A stretch of DNA of 64,000 nt from an uncultured virus (IMG/VR IMGVR_UViG_3300044956_001223) (Duplodnaviria; Heunggongvirae; Uroviricota; Caudoviricetes). The notes beneath the pieces are model-generated. The model had not been told where the DNA came from. It searched no databases and saw only the letters and a list, made by a program, of their open reading frames with translations. Each line of letters starts with the position of its first letter. Within the stretch, counting starts at the first letter, position 1. This document shows positions 8,901-18,705 of the stretch, in pieces. The translations under genes and the position numbers were made by a program. The stretch is taken from IMG/VR virus record IMGVR_UViG_3300044956_001223. One strand, given 5' to 3'.

Positions 8901-10886
8901 TCTGCTCTTGAAAAATATGGACAAAAATTAAAAGAAATACAATTGGAATCATTAAAAAATGAAGCAGCGAAAGCAGCAGATGCATTAGCCGCATTAAACG
9001 GTATAGTTTCTAGCGCTACTCCAATTATCAATCAATTAATTGAAGCTCAACAATCTGGTTCTGAAGTAGCAGAAGAATCTTTATTAAGTTTAGCAGATCA
9101 AATCAATAAGTTGCCATTAAGTGTGCAAAAAGGTGCACAAGAACAATTATCTGCTGGTAATTTAAGTGGATTACTAAAAACATTTAATGATGCTGCTGCC
9201 GCACAAAATAGAGCAGCCCAAGCTGCAACTTTAGCAGAAAACATAAGAAAAAAGAATTTAACAGTCTCCGCTACGGAAAGAGGTAGGGGAGCAGCGCAAG
9301 GAGCAGTTATAGATATAGGCGGAGGAGTTACAACAAAAAATGTTGGTAAAGATGCTACACCTTTTGCAAATGATATTTATAAAACTTTTGAAGATGCTGC
9401 TTCAGATTCCCAAGATATAATTAGTACAATATTTTCTGCTTTAAATTCTAAAGAAAGAGAACAAGCTAATCAATTAATACAAGAAAATAAAGATAATTTT
9501 AGTGGTATTTTAGATGTGTTGACTGCAACTGCTAACGCTACAGGAACAAGCACTAAAGCTTTAGACGAATTAAGAATGGCTTTAAATTCTGGAGCGACAA
9601 ACGGCGTTAAAATGAGTGAGGCTCTAAGCAAATTTAGCGCAAATGCAGCCAAAGTAATTGGACTTCTTAAAAAGCAAATAGATCTTTTAAAAGTTTTACC
9701 TCAAACAAAACTAGAGGGCGCAGGAAATATTCTCGGCGGAAAAGAATCTTTTATGAATCCTTCACAAAGATTTACAACTCAATCAGATTTAGCTGCAGGA
9801 GCAAGTTTATATATGGAAGGAAAAAGAAGAGAAGATATTGATACTCAAGGTAGAGGTGCATACCAAATGGCATCAACATTGGTTAAATCTGGCAATTTAA
9901 CACCTGAAGCTGCAATGTCTTCTGGATTAGTAAAACCTGCAGTAGAAGCTAGAAAACAACAAATTATGGAAGGCGGAAAACAAATGGAAGAGATTTATCG
10001 AGCAACTTTAGGTAAAGGCGAAGAAGCTGATCCAGAAATTATAAAACAATTTCAAGATATGCAAGATCCTTTAAAAGCCCAAGAGTTAGCTCAACAATCA
10101 ATAAAAGAATATTTAATGTCAGATGCACAAAAAACTTATGCTGCATTTGCTCCCACATTACAAAGCATGTTGCAAGCTTTAGAAAGCTTAAAAGGAACGG
10201 GCGCGGATGATCCACAATTCATAGAAAAATTTAGCTTATTAAATAAAGCTACATACGATAAAGCAGAAGAAACAAGAAAACAAATGGGCCAAACTCCAGA
10301 AGAATTTTATAATAAAACATTCCCTAAAATGCAAGCAGAAGCAGCTAAAGCTGGTCCAACACCGGAATCTATAATGATTACAGAAAAATTAGACGAAGTA
10401 GTTCCAGCGAGATCTGCAAAACCGGAAGAAAATCGATTAGAGGAGATGGCTATTCCTAAAGGAAAATCTTCGGCTGCAGAGATTAATGCAATTATCGAGG
10501 CTTCAAAAACCTCAGCAGAAAGAATGAACGAGATAATTGATGGGGTTGGTGTTTCAATTTTAGGATTTAGGGACGCTCTTAATCAAGCTGGCGCAGATCT
10601 TTTAAATTGGGTTAAAGGTTTATTTTCTTTTGGCCAACAAAGTCCGGCTGGAGTTACTCCACCAACTGAAGACCAAATGGGCGGACCAGTAACAGCAAGT
10701 ACTAATGTACAAGGAAATGTTACTGCTACAGTTAATTTAGTTAGCGCAGGAAATATAAATGATGAGGCTAAATCTAAAGCATTTGAAGCCGTAATAGCAA
10801 GTTTACAAGAAGAAGTCAGACAGTTGAAGGGGAGAATGGGAGAACGAGTACCACCAACTCAATTTAGTCAACAAGCGGTAGCTTAA
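5958..10886 (+). CDS. Tail tape measure protein (TP901-type core) with four GF(I/V)PNFA motifs and an internal nuclease-like domain
   Basis: 1642 aa, Ala/Gly/Leu-rich; motifs AATELARQG, DAAFAVSSADLAEAISRVG and GAVIGNSFKTIFTRL match the TP901-family core; position in tail operon. Confidence 0.9.
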   Translation: MSDLRLLVDADTRQAEGKISKLASRPLKLNLKDAISQPLGRITGKVSEFNKSLEASNARVIAFGASAGAIFTIQKALSETVRAAIQVEKALQDINVVLNVSGKTLAKFGDSLFKIAKDTGQSFDAVAVAATELARQGLSVEQTLKRTSDALILSRLSGLSAAQSVETLTAAINSFSRASLTSTQIINKFANVDAAFAVSSADLAEAISRVGSTAQDVGVDIDQLIALVTAAQQTTARGGAVIGNSFKTIFTRLQRSDTLDALEEVGVAVRDLEGNALPATEILDKLATKFNTLSKAQQAAVAETVGGVFQINILRATLGDLGKEYGVYDGALKTSIGSTDQAIRRNEQLNTTLAALVNKTLVNANQASAEIGNLVFAPAVGKSLNALNSILDAFNQPQETEGTGTKIAKGILSGLGDYLSGPGLAVIGAVVVRLFAGLTTFGGNALKTLLGISSGTDKIAQAQARVNALLAQNPQLIQGILSKELSLLQVEQQILGVIQQQNAARGIAASIASRIAPKVPAPRAYGGFIPNFADAEIAGAKAEGYNAQRSFAVNNPVLGGVIVNNREKTNSVPVGGYPAGSFIVNPKQLNQVKGVPLMPIERMKNKGFIPNFADPISQNYPEKTNPSSKLSMIYAQKAEKSKFKGDAVFGGNVIPITFFGSGYRASKVRKPADVDLEKQLGDYIVKFTNNFAEKIFEPNEELKRAKKLRSVEELSNKGSFRSITGTVFESAVDLAAGKPNEGRGQNAGVDFATPNEFIKRLFNRMPGAYEAKVNADKDQLDSVAQKAIQNGLISSQLKEIITDLGGVYQTKKRAGGVKTTSLKAPSKAQGFIPNFAALEDAVKREKSAGIASSMIRVGASEKLISSNNPAGLGVYNTRDEPGGLNQGINRRRSKGFVPNFAKGRDVSNAIDSASGKLIALSLVLPLVSSILQKFGNSNSKASIALDGFTEGLSFALVGLILLSGPVGKALGLLAGVAVGVYSALEKYGQKLKEIQLESLKNEAAKAADALAALNGIVSSATPIINQLIEAQQSGSEVAEESLLSLADQINKLPLSVQKGAQEQLSAGNLSGLLKTFNDAAAAQNRAAQAATLAENIRKKNLTVSATERGRGAAQGAVIDIGGGVTTKNVGKDATPFANDIYKTFEDAASDSQDIISTIFSALNSKEREQANQLIQENKDNFSGILDVLTATANATGTSTKALDELRMALNSGATNGVKMSEALSKFSANAAKVIGLLKKQIDLLKVLPQTKLEGAGNILGGKESFMNPSQRFTTQSDLAAGASLYMEGKRREDIDTQGRGAYQMASTLVKSGNLTPEAAMSSGLVKPAVEARKQQIMEGGKQMEEIYRATLGKGEEADPEIIKQFQDMQDPLKAQELAQQSIKEYLMSDAQKTYAAFAPTLQSMLQALESLKGTGADDPQFIEKFSLLNKATYDKAEETRKQMGQTPEEFYNKTFPKMQAEAAKAGPTPESIMITEKLDEVVPARSAKPEENRLEEMAIPKGKSSAAEINAIIEASKTSAERMNEIIDGVGVSILGFRDALNQAGADLLNWVKGLFSFGQQSPAGVTPPTEDQMGGPVTASTNVQGNVTATVNLVSAGNINDEAKSKAFEAVIASLQEEVRQLKGRMGERVPPTQFSQQAVA

Positions 10887-12562
10887 TGAATATTACATTA
10901 AATAATCCTACAATACTAGGAATATCAAATAATTTTGAATTTTCTCCTGGCGGAATAGCAATTCGACGAATCCAAAATATTTCTTTAGAGGGAATTCTTT
11001 TAAGTTTAAATAGCCAGACTGGGGTAGCTGGTATATGGAATCAAATTAAAACTTATAATTCTAGTTCATTTGATGGATTTATAACGATTACGATCAATGG
11101 CGTTACTTATACAAATGCAAAAATAAATTCTTTTAACTTTGGTGAAAGCGTAAATCAGGACGTTTTAACTAAACCTTTTAATTTAGATTTTGAAGTTTAT
11201 TCTGAATTTGGTTTTAGTAGTGATAAAGATTATTTAGATTCATATGCTCTACAAGATGTAGAGGGTATCTCAGATAATTTTTCATTAAATATAACAGAAG
11301 ATAATACAAAAGAATATACTCACTCTTTTAGTATATCATATTTTGATAAGACAGGAAGTAATTTAATTAGCGCTGGACGTACAGTCGCTCAAGGAATACT
11401 CGCAACAAATAAATATGCATTAAGTATGCTTGGTGGAGGATATCAAGATTCACTTAAAAGATATTATAATGAAACATTTGATGTATTTAAGGGTACATAT
11501 TCTTTAGATGAAAATTTTAAATATTTTGGAAATACGCAAAATAATACCTCTGTTTCTTCTGGTATATCTATGCAATTAGGAAACGGCGGAGTTCTTACTT
11601 TAAGTGAAGATGTTCAAATACAAGGATTAGTTGATGATAAATATACAAATGCACTAAATCAATTTAATATTTTATATCCAGGAGCATATACCAGATGCAA
11701 TAATTTTATTAGTTCTTTAAGTGGCGAAATTATTCCTGCAAATACGACATTAAAAAGTATTGCCACCTCTAGATCTGTCGTTAGAAATGAATTTCTTGGT
11801 TCCATTAATTATACAATTCAATTTACAAATGAATTAAGATATAACCCTAATATTATAAAAGATTATACTATAACTTATACAAAAAGTGAAGATGGATTTA
11901 TAGAAGTAGCAGAAGATGGTGGTTTTACAGCTTATGGAAAAAGCAGCATAAATAATGCTTCTTCAAATACAAAATTTATAAATGCTTTAAATAGTTATAG
12001 TTCTGAATATGGAAGTTTATATTCATCTCAAATTTCTACATCAATAAATTCAGCAGGACAAGGACTTTTAACTTTTGGATTAACTCCAGCGAAATTTAGA
12101 TTACTAGGAACGAACACAAGTTTTCTTATAACTGAAGGCAAAATTAATTTTTCTCATAATTATTCAAATAAAAAAATTTATGACGCAGATGACAAATTTA
12201 AATCTATCAGTACTAATTATTCAGAAGATGATGCCGTGCCATCAATACAATTATATCAAGTTCCAGGTTTTGGACCAGCCGGAGGAAAAGAACTCGCTCA
12301 ATTTTTAAGTCAATCTACACCAATAAAACAATCTGTTTCGGTGGAGATTAGAGGAAATAAAACTTTATCTATACAAGACTATATTTCTAAATTTAACACT
12401 TATATTCCTTCTTTAACTCAACCAAATTATCTATTATCTAAAAATTATTCATATGATCCAATAAATAATACTTTTCAAGGTACGGCGGAATGGATTTTAT
12501 TTGATCAAAGAACAAGAACTCGAAACAATTTTATTGTTAACAAAATGCAGGGAGGATATTAA
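10886..12562 (+). CDS. Putative distal tail/hub structural protein
   Basis: 558 aa, beta-rich, internally repeated EDG..V.E.G units; directly after the tape measure gene. Confidence 0.45.
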   Translation: MNITLNNPTILGISNNFEFSPGGIAIRRIQNISLEGILLSLNSQTGVAGIWNQIKTYNSSSFDGFITITINGVTYTNAKINSFNFGESVNQDVLTKPFNLDFEVYSEFGFSSDKDYLDSYALQDVEGISDNFSLNITEDNTKEYTHSFSISYFDKTGSNLISAGRTVAQGILATNKYALSMLGGGYQDSLKRYYNETFDVFKGTYSLDENFKYFGNTQNNTSVSSGISMQLGNGGVLTLSEDVQIQGLVDDKYTNALNQFNILYPGAYTRCNNFISSLSGEIIPANTTLKSIATSRSVVRNEFLGSINYTIQFTNELRYNPNIIKDYTITYTKSEDGFIEVAEDGGFTAYGKSSINNASSNTKFINALNSYSSEYGSLYSSQISTSINSAGQGLLTFGLTPAKFRLLGTNTSFLITEGKINFSHNYSNKKIYDADDKFKSISTNYSEDDAVPSIQLYQVPGFGPAGGKELAQFLSQSTPIKQSVSVEIRGNKTLSIQDYISKFNTYIPSLTQPNYLLSKNYSYDPINNTFQGTAEWILFDQRTRTRNNFIVNKMQGGY

Positions 12563-12564
12563 TT

Positions 12565-14127
12565 ATGGATGTTCAAATCGAACTTAATGGAATTAATAAT
12601 CCATTTGCAAATATTAGTTTTAATCCGCCTTATGTTACAAAAAGCGTCACCCCCGTATTTGGTTCAGCCTTTGATAGATCAGAAATAAAATATACTTTCA
12701 ATGGTCAAATAACTGGATCAAATTTTACTAGTATTAAAAATAAAATTGACACATTATTTAGTAATTTTTCTAAAGGATTTTATCCATATATAAAAATAGA
12801 TGGAATATATAATGAATGCTGTAAATTAGATTCAATTAATATTGATTCTTCAAATTACGTTGGAATTGTTCCATATACTGTAGAATTAAGTTGTTACGAT
12901 AAAACCAATGGTATAAGTAGTGGAGTCAAAAATGTTAGTAGAGAAATTAGTTATCAAGAAGGTGAAGATAAGTTATTGCAAATTGCACATAAAATATCTG
13001 TAGATGGAATAAGAACTACCGAAACAAATAACGCTTTATTAAATGCACGAAATTTTATAATAGGTTTAACCGGAAGAATTTCTGATTTTGGCCCATTTAT
13101 AAATGGTGCTTCTGTGGCAAATCCTACTTTATTAAATCAAAAAGAAACAATTAATCCAATAGAAGGCAATATCTCTATTGAAGAAAATTATGTAGTTGAT
13201 ACGGGTTCTGCTGGAGCCATACTAAGATATACAATAAATATTGATAGCGGAGTAGAAGATGGAAATGTAACGCTCTCAGTCAATGGAGATGTAAGAGGAG
13301 GAAAAACTTATCAATTTTCTTCATTAAAAAGTAAATTATCAAGTATCAGTTTTTCTAATTTACCATATGGATTAAATTTTTCTAGTTTTAAATCTAATGG
13401 CGAAAATTATGAATATAATGGAAATCAAAATGTATTAACTTTTTCTCAATCTTATACAGATGATAATCGTATAGAAAATGGTACTTCAAAATCTTATAGT
13501 ATAGATGTAAACTGTGATTTTATTGAATCTGTTAATAAAATTAATTATAAATCTGATATAAAACCTACAACTAATTTAAATTATTCGAATTCAAAAAGTG
13601 AATTTCAATCTATAAAAGATGGCGCAAGTAGGATTGATAATTTATTAACACAAACATCATTTTTATCTTCAATAGTAGACAAAACCAATTTACATCTTAC
13701 AAGCAAGGCTGTTACTATTGATGAAAATAATGCTACCATTTCTTCGTCAGAAACATATGATGATAAAAATTCCAGATTTGTAGATTTAATAAATATAGAT
13801 TTAAATATAAAAATAACTCCAGCAATTAATAAATATAATTTTACTCCGATTTTAGATGAAAATGGATCATATGTTATTGAGGATTTAAAATATAAAAATC
13901 GCTGTATTTTATCAATAAATGGATCAGCTAGTATAGATGTATCTAAAACTTCTATAGAATCTTTTACATCTGATAAAATAGCAAGTTATGCTAATTTTAT
14001 AAGAAATAAGTATTTTCAAGGAACCTCGGACCTTATTTTAACTAAATCTAATATATCAATTAATAAAGAAAATGCTACTTGTAGTTTTGATGTAGAATAT
14101 ACATCAGAAACCTCGCAATATAATTAA
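12565..14127 (+). CDS. Putative distal tail/hub structural protein, likely paralog of 10886-12562
   Basis: 520 aa with similar repeated units (YQEGED...HKISVDG; YTINIDSGVEDGNVTLSVNG). Confidence 0.45.
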   Translation: MDVQIELNGINNPFANISFNPPYVTKSVTPVFGSAFDRSEIKYTFNGQITGSNFTSIKNKIDTLFSNFSKGFYPYIKIDGIYNECCKLDSINIDSSNYVGIVPYTVELSCYDKTNGISSGVKNVSREISYQEGEDKLLQIAHKISVDGIRTTETNNALLNARNFIIGLTGRISDFGPFINGASVANPTLLNQKETINPIEGNISIEENYVVDTGSAGAILRYTINIDSGVEDGNVTLSVNGDVRGGKTYQFSSLKSKLSSISFSNLPYGLNFSSFKSNGENYEYNGNQNVLTFSQSYTDDNRIENGTSKSYSIDVNCDFIESVNKINYKSDIKPTTNLNYSNSKSEFQSIKDGASRIDNLLTQTSFLSSIVDKTNLHLTSKAVTIDENNATISSSETYDDKNSRFVDLINIDLNIKITPAINKYNFTPILDENGSYVIEDLKYKNRCILSINGSASIDVSKTSIESFTSDKIASYANFIRNKYFQGTSDLILTKSNISINKENATCSFDVEYTSETSQYN

Positions 14128-14128
14128 A

Positions 14129-14159
14129 GTGTAATATTTATATGGTAAAAGGATAAAGG
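14129..14159 (+). promoter_or_regulatory. GTGTAA motif plus AGG-ATAA-AGG leader element
   Basis: GTGTAA 14129-14134; tgg-taaa-agg-ataa-agg 14143-14159; ATG 14163. Confidence 0.55.
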
Positions 14160-14162
14160 AAA

Positions 14163-17100
14163 ATGTCACAAATATCGAATAATTTTGATTATTTTGCAAA
14201 TGATTTAGGCTTAAATTTAAATAATTATGCTATTAATTATGATTTTAAAAGAAATAGAAATATAATTCAAGCTGCAAGATTAACAGGAAATACTCCAGGA
14301 AATCCAGATAGTGATTTTTTTGGATATTCAACTTCACTAAACTCTGCTGGAAATGTTCTATCTGTTGGAGCGCAATTTGCTGATACAAATGGAATAAGCA
14401 GTGCAGGCGCAGTTTATATTTTCACTGGAAATGGTAATTCTTGGGCTCAAGCTGCAAGATTAACAGGAAACACTCTTGGATTAGGAAATCCAGCTAGTAA
14501 TTTTTTTGGAAGTTCAACTTCACTAAACTCTGCTGGAAATGTTCTATCTGTTGGAGCGTACCTTGCTGATACAAATGGAATAAGCAGTGCAGGCGCAGTT
14601 TATATTTTCACTGGAAATGGTAATTCTTGGGCTCAAGCTGCAAGATTAACAGGAAACACTCTTGGATTAGGAAATCCAGCTGGTGATTATTTTGGAAGTT
14701 CAACTTCACTAAACTCTGCTGGAAATGTTCTATCTGTTGGAGCGTACCTTGCTGATACAACTGGAGTAGCTGCAGGCGCAGTTTATATTTTCACTGGAAA
14801 TGGTAATTCTTGGGCTCAAGCTGCAAGATTAACAGGAAATACTCCAGGAAATCCAGCTAGTGATTTTTTTGGAATTTCAACTTCACTAAACTCTGCTGGA
14901 AATGTTCTATCTGTTGGAGCGTACCTTGCTGATACAGATGGAGTAGCTGCAGGTGCAGTTTATGTTTTTACTGGAAATGGTAATTCTTGGGCTCAAGCTG
15001 CAAGATTAACAGGAAATACTCCAGGAAATCCAGCTAGTAATTTTTTTGGAAGTTCAACTTCACTAAACTCTGCTGGAAATGTTCTATCTGTTGGAGCGTA
15101 CCTTGCTGATACAAATGGAATAAGCAGTGCAGGCGCAGTTTATATTTTCACTGGAAATGGTAATTCTTGGGCTCAAGCTGCAAGATTAACAGGAAACACT
15201 CTTGGATTAGGAAATCCAGGTAATGATCATTTTGGATATTCAACTTCACTAAACTCTGCTGGAAATGTTCTATCTGTTGGAGCGTTCTTTGCTGATACAA
15301 ATGGAATAAGCAGTGCAGGCGCAGTTTATGTTTTTACTGGAAATGGTAATTCTTGGGCTCAAGCTGCAAGATTAACAGGAAACACTCTTGGATTAGGAAA
15401 TCCAGATAGTGATTATTTTGGATATTCAACTTCACTAAACTCTGCTGGAAATGTTCTATCTGTTGGAGCGCAATTTGCTGATACAAATGGAATAAGCAAT
15501 GCAGGCGCAGTTTATATTTTCGATACAAATTCATACATCAAAAATCTATCAGTATTTTCTGGTTTTTATTCTGGAGAAATTAAAAATGATCAAGCTATAA
15601 ATTTATTGCAAAATAATGAAATTATTGAATTTAGTGGATCAAATTATCTAGAAGTAAAAAATGCCACAGGATTAAAAAATGATTATTTTACAATATATTG
15701 TGCATACGAAAGAAGTAGCGGTGAAGAGGCAGTTTTATTTTCATCTCTTCATTCAATTGATAACATAAATTATTCTGGATTTAATTTTGGAATAACAAGA
15801 TACAATAATTACTATTACGAATATTATGATCTAGCAGACGGGCCAAAAGTATATATTAGCTCAAAGAAAGCGGACACAAAAGGTATAGTCGCTCTCACGA
15901 AAAATGTAACCACAATAAATATAAATAATTATGACGCAACAGAAGAGATATTTGAATTCGAATCTTTCGAAACTGTCTCCGATACTGATAAACAGAATAA
16001 ATTTTTGATTGGCTTTGGTGATACTTATCCTTTTTTTAGTGGTAAAAATTTTATAGGCAAAATAAATTCTTTAATATATTTAAATGAATCTTTAAATTCT
16101 ACCTATCTAAATGATGCTGCAGATGGATTTATTTATGATATAAATAAAAATATAACTTTAGAAAATATAGAAGAAATCTATAGCTTTACTGGTTTTGAAG
16201 GAAATATCACTGGTGGATTTTTTGATACAACTAGTGGAAATCTGCTTAATTGTTTAAATAATTATTCATTTTATGATTATCCAGGTTTTGTTTCTGGAGT
16301 AATATTTGGTTCGATAACCGGCGGAATACATACAGCTACTGGATATTTTACGGGTTTTATAGCCCAAACATTTAATTATACAAAAGATGTTGAAAGATTT
16401 TTTAGTAATATTGTTATTACTGGAACAAATACAGGATACGAATTATTTATTTCAGGAACTGGCTATACAGGATATGTTAATATTAATGCTGGAGAAATTG
16501 TTAATATTTGCGGCACGGGTTCTCCAATATATTTTATCTCGGGATTAGGAAATGAAACTCTTTCTGGATTAGTAGTTACAGGAGTAGATCAATTAACTGG
16601 CCTTGTAACTGGTATACAATTATTAAAAAATCAATCATTCTTGGAAACTATTAATTTTCCATTTTCAGGTAATATAAATTCTTTATTTAATTCTTTTGTT
16701 AATACGGGCAACTATACATATAAATTTACATTAGAAAATAATGGTACATATATAACAAAAAATGAACAAATAAAATTTTCTAATACTTATTTAACTGGCG
16801 TAGAAATATCTAAGACAACAAATTTATTAATAAATAAATTTACTACAAAAGATAAAAATATCAATTATTTAAATAGTATAGGAGTAGATGAAGTTGTATT
16901 TAATAAAAAATTAGATTCAGAAGATGTTATTGAGGTTTATGCTTTTGATTTTGATCAAGATTATTCTCCCATCATAAATGAAAATGAAAAAATTAATACA
17001 ACAAATAATACATTTAGGATATTTGATAATAAAAATATTTCAGCAATACACAACAATGGGCTTTTGGAGGTAAATAAAATTGAAATTCCATCAAATTTTA

Positions 17101-18701
17101 ATTATTTTATAGATTCTATTGATAGAATTTCTGGAAATTATGATTTAGATGATTTAGTATTGATAGATTTTATAAAAACTGGATTTTCAGGATATTATTA
17201 TGATGGAACAGGATATATGCTATATCCAGACCATAAAGATTTTTTATATTCTTACGGCAAAAAATTAATTAGTGGAATAGATTATTTTCAAAGTGGAGAC
17301 AATAAAACTTATAATATAACAGGTTTGATAATTAAATCACCTAGTCAATTGGCAAGATTAACAGGAAACACTCCAGGAAATCCAGACGGAGATAATTTTG
17401 GTCATTCAACTTCACTAAACTCTGCTGGAAATGTTCTATCTGTTGGAGCATATTCTGCAGATACTAATGGGGTAAGTAACGCTGGAGCAGTTTACATTTT
17501 CACTGGAAATGGTAATTCTTGGGCTCAAGCTGCAAGATTAACAGGAAACACTCTTGGATTAGGAAATCCAAGTAATGATTATTTTGGATATTCAACTTCA
17601 CTAAACTCTGCTGGAAATGTTCTATCTGTTGGAGCGTTCTTTGCTGATACTAATGGGGTAAGTAACGCTGGAGCAGTTTATATTTTCACTGGAAATGGTA
17701 ATTCTTGGGCTCAAGCTGCAAGATTAACAGGAAACACTCTTGGATTAGGAAATCCAGATAGTGATTATTTTGGATATTCAACTTCACTAAACTCTGCTGG
17801 AAATGTTCTATCTGTTGGAGCGTACTTTGCTGATACTAATGGGGTAAGTAACGCTGGAGCAGTTTACATTTTCACTGGAAATGGTAATTCTTGGGCTCAA
17901 GCTGCAAGATTAACAGGAAATACTCCAGGAAATCCAGTTAGTGATTTTTTTGGATATTCAACTTCACTAAACTCTGCTGGAAATGTTCTATCTGTTGGAG
18001 CGTACCTTGCTGATACAGATGGAGTAGCTGCAGGTGCAGTTTATGTTTTTACTGGAAATGGTAATTCTTGGGCTCAAGCTGCAAGATTAACAGGAAATAC
18101 TCCAGGAAATCCAGCTAGTAATTTTTTTGGAAGTTCAACTTCACTAAACTCTGCTGGAAATGTTCTATCTGTTGGAGCGTACCTTGCTGATACAAATGGA
18201 ATAAGCAGTGCAGGCGCAGTTTATGTTTTTACTGGAAATGGTAATTCTTGGGCTCAAGCTGCAAGATTAACAGGAAACACTCTTGGATTAGGAAATCCAG
18301 ATAATGATTTTTTTGGATATTCAACTTCACTAAACTCTGCTGGAAATGTTCTATCTGTTGGAGCGTACCTTGCTGATACAACTGGAGTAGCTGCAGGCGC
18401 AGTTTATCTTTTCGATACAAATTCTTATAAAAAAGAAAAAGAAAAAACCGTTGACGGATATATATATGGATATAACTCAATATTAGATTATAAACTAATC
18501 TCAGGAAATACATATACTTTAAATTTACCCAAAAAATACTCTAGAGATTCTATAAGCGTATATCTAAACGGTATAAAACAAAATCCTATCACAGATTATA
18601 TAGAAAAATCATTATTTGACAAAATATTTGATCCCGTATTTATTGAAAATTTGAGTAAAAATATATATAATACAAATGACGCTTTAGATGTAAATAAATA
18701 A
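14163..18701 (+). CDS. Large tail adhesin with two FG-GAP (integrin-alpha-like) beta-propellers (7 and 6 blades) and a LamG-like domain
   Basis: 13 repeats of FG.S...GNVLSVGA...AGAVYIF; LamG-like segment (EFSGSNYL...FTIY...LFSS...SGFNFGI); TG/SG-rich middle region. Confidence 0.8.
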   Translation: MSQISNNFDYFANDLGLNLNNYAINYDFKRNRNIIQAARLTGNTPGNPDSDFFGYSTSLNSAGNVLSVGAQFADTNGISSAGAVYIFTGNGNSWAQAARLTGNTLGLGNPASNFFGSSTSLNSAGNVLSVGAYLADTNGISSAGAVYIFTGNGNSWAQAARLTGNTLGLGNPAGDYFGSSTSLNSAGNVLSVGAYLADTTGVAAGAVYIFTGNGNSWAQAARLTGNTPGNPASDFFGISTSLNSAGNVLSVGAYLADTDGVAAGAVYVFTGNGNSWAQAARLTGNTPGNPASNFFGSSTSLNSAGNVLSVGAYLADTNGISSAGAVYIFTGNGNSWAQAARLTGNTLGLGNPGNDHFGYSTSLNSAGNVLSVGAFFADTNGISSAGAVYVFTGNGNSWAQAARLTGNTLGLGNPDSDYFGYSTSLNSAGNVLSVGAQFADTNGISNAGAVYIFDTNSYIKNLSVFSGFYSGEIKNDQAINLLQNNEIIEFSGSNYLEVKNATGLKNDYFTIYCAYERSSGEEAVLFSSLHSIDNINYSGFNFGITRYNNYYYEYYDLADGPKVYISSKKADTKGIVALTKNVTTININNYDATEEIFEFESFETVSDTDKQNKFLIGFGDTYPFFSGKNFIGKINSLIYLNESLNSTYLNDAADGFIYDINKNITLENIEEIYSFTGFEGNITGGFFDTTSGNLLNCLNNYSFYDYPGFVSGVIFGSITGGIHTATGYFTGFIAQTFNYTKDVERFFSNIVITGTNTGYELFISGTGYTGYVNINAGEIVNICGTGSPIYFISGLGNETLSGLVVTGVDQLTGLVTGIQLLKNQSFLETINFPFSGNINSLFNSFVNTGNYTYKFTLENNGTYITKNEQIKFSNTYLTGVEISKTTNLLINKFTTKDKNINYLNSIGVDEVVFNKKLDSEDVIEVYAFDFDQDYSPIINENEKINTTNNTFRIFDNKNISAIHNNGLLEVNKIEIPSNFNYFIDSIDRISGNYDLDDLVLIDFIKTGFSGYYYDGTGYMLYPDHKDFLYSYGKKLISGIDYFQSGDNKTYNITGLIIKSPSQLARLTGNTPGNPDGDNFGHSTSLNSAGNVLSVGAYSADTNGVSNAGAVYIFTGNGNSWAQAARLTGNTLGLGNPSNDYFGYSTSLNSAGNVLSVGAFFADTNGVSNAGAVYIFTGNGNSWAQAARLTGNTLGLGNPDSDYFGYSTSLNSAGNVLSVGAYFADTNGVSNAGAVYIFTGNGNSWAQAARLTGNTPGNPVSDFFGYSTSLNSAGNVLSVGAYLADTDGVAAGAVYVFTGNGNSWAQAARLTGNTPGNPASNFFGSSTSLNSAGNVLSVGAYLADTNGISSAGAVYVFTGNGNSWAQAARLTGNTLGLGNPDNDFFGYSTSLNSAGNVLSVGAYLADTTGVAAGAVYLFDTNSYKKEKEKTVDGYIYGYNSILDYKLISGNTYTLNLPKKYSRDSISVYLNGIKQNPITDYIEKSLFDKIFDPVFIENLSKNIYNTNDALDVNK
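14268..15521 (+). repeat. Tandem array of 7 near-identical coding repeats (177-186 nt)
   Basis: Unit starts (caagctgcaagatta) at 14268, 14448, 14634, 14817, 14994, 15174, 15360. Confidence 0.95.
17352..18412 (+). repeat. Second tandem array of 6 near-identical coding repeats of the same family
   Basis: Same nucleotide consensus as 14268-15521; 17958-18224 reads identical to 14877-15143. Confidence 0.95.
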
Positions 18702-18705
18702 ACGT

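Noticed and set aside
14268..18412. CRISPR array
   Set aside because: Units are 177-186 nt, in frame and protein coding, with no unique spacers or cas operon
14268..18412. Complete diversity-generating retroelement
   Set aside because: No reverse transcriptase or non-coding template in the window; many adenines are invariant and some variants (caa vs tac, indels) do not fit A-specific mutagenesis; kept only as an alternative hypothesis
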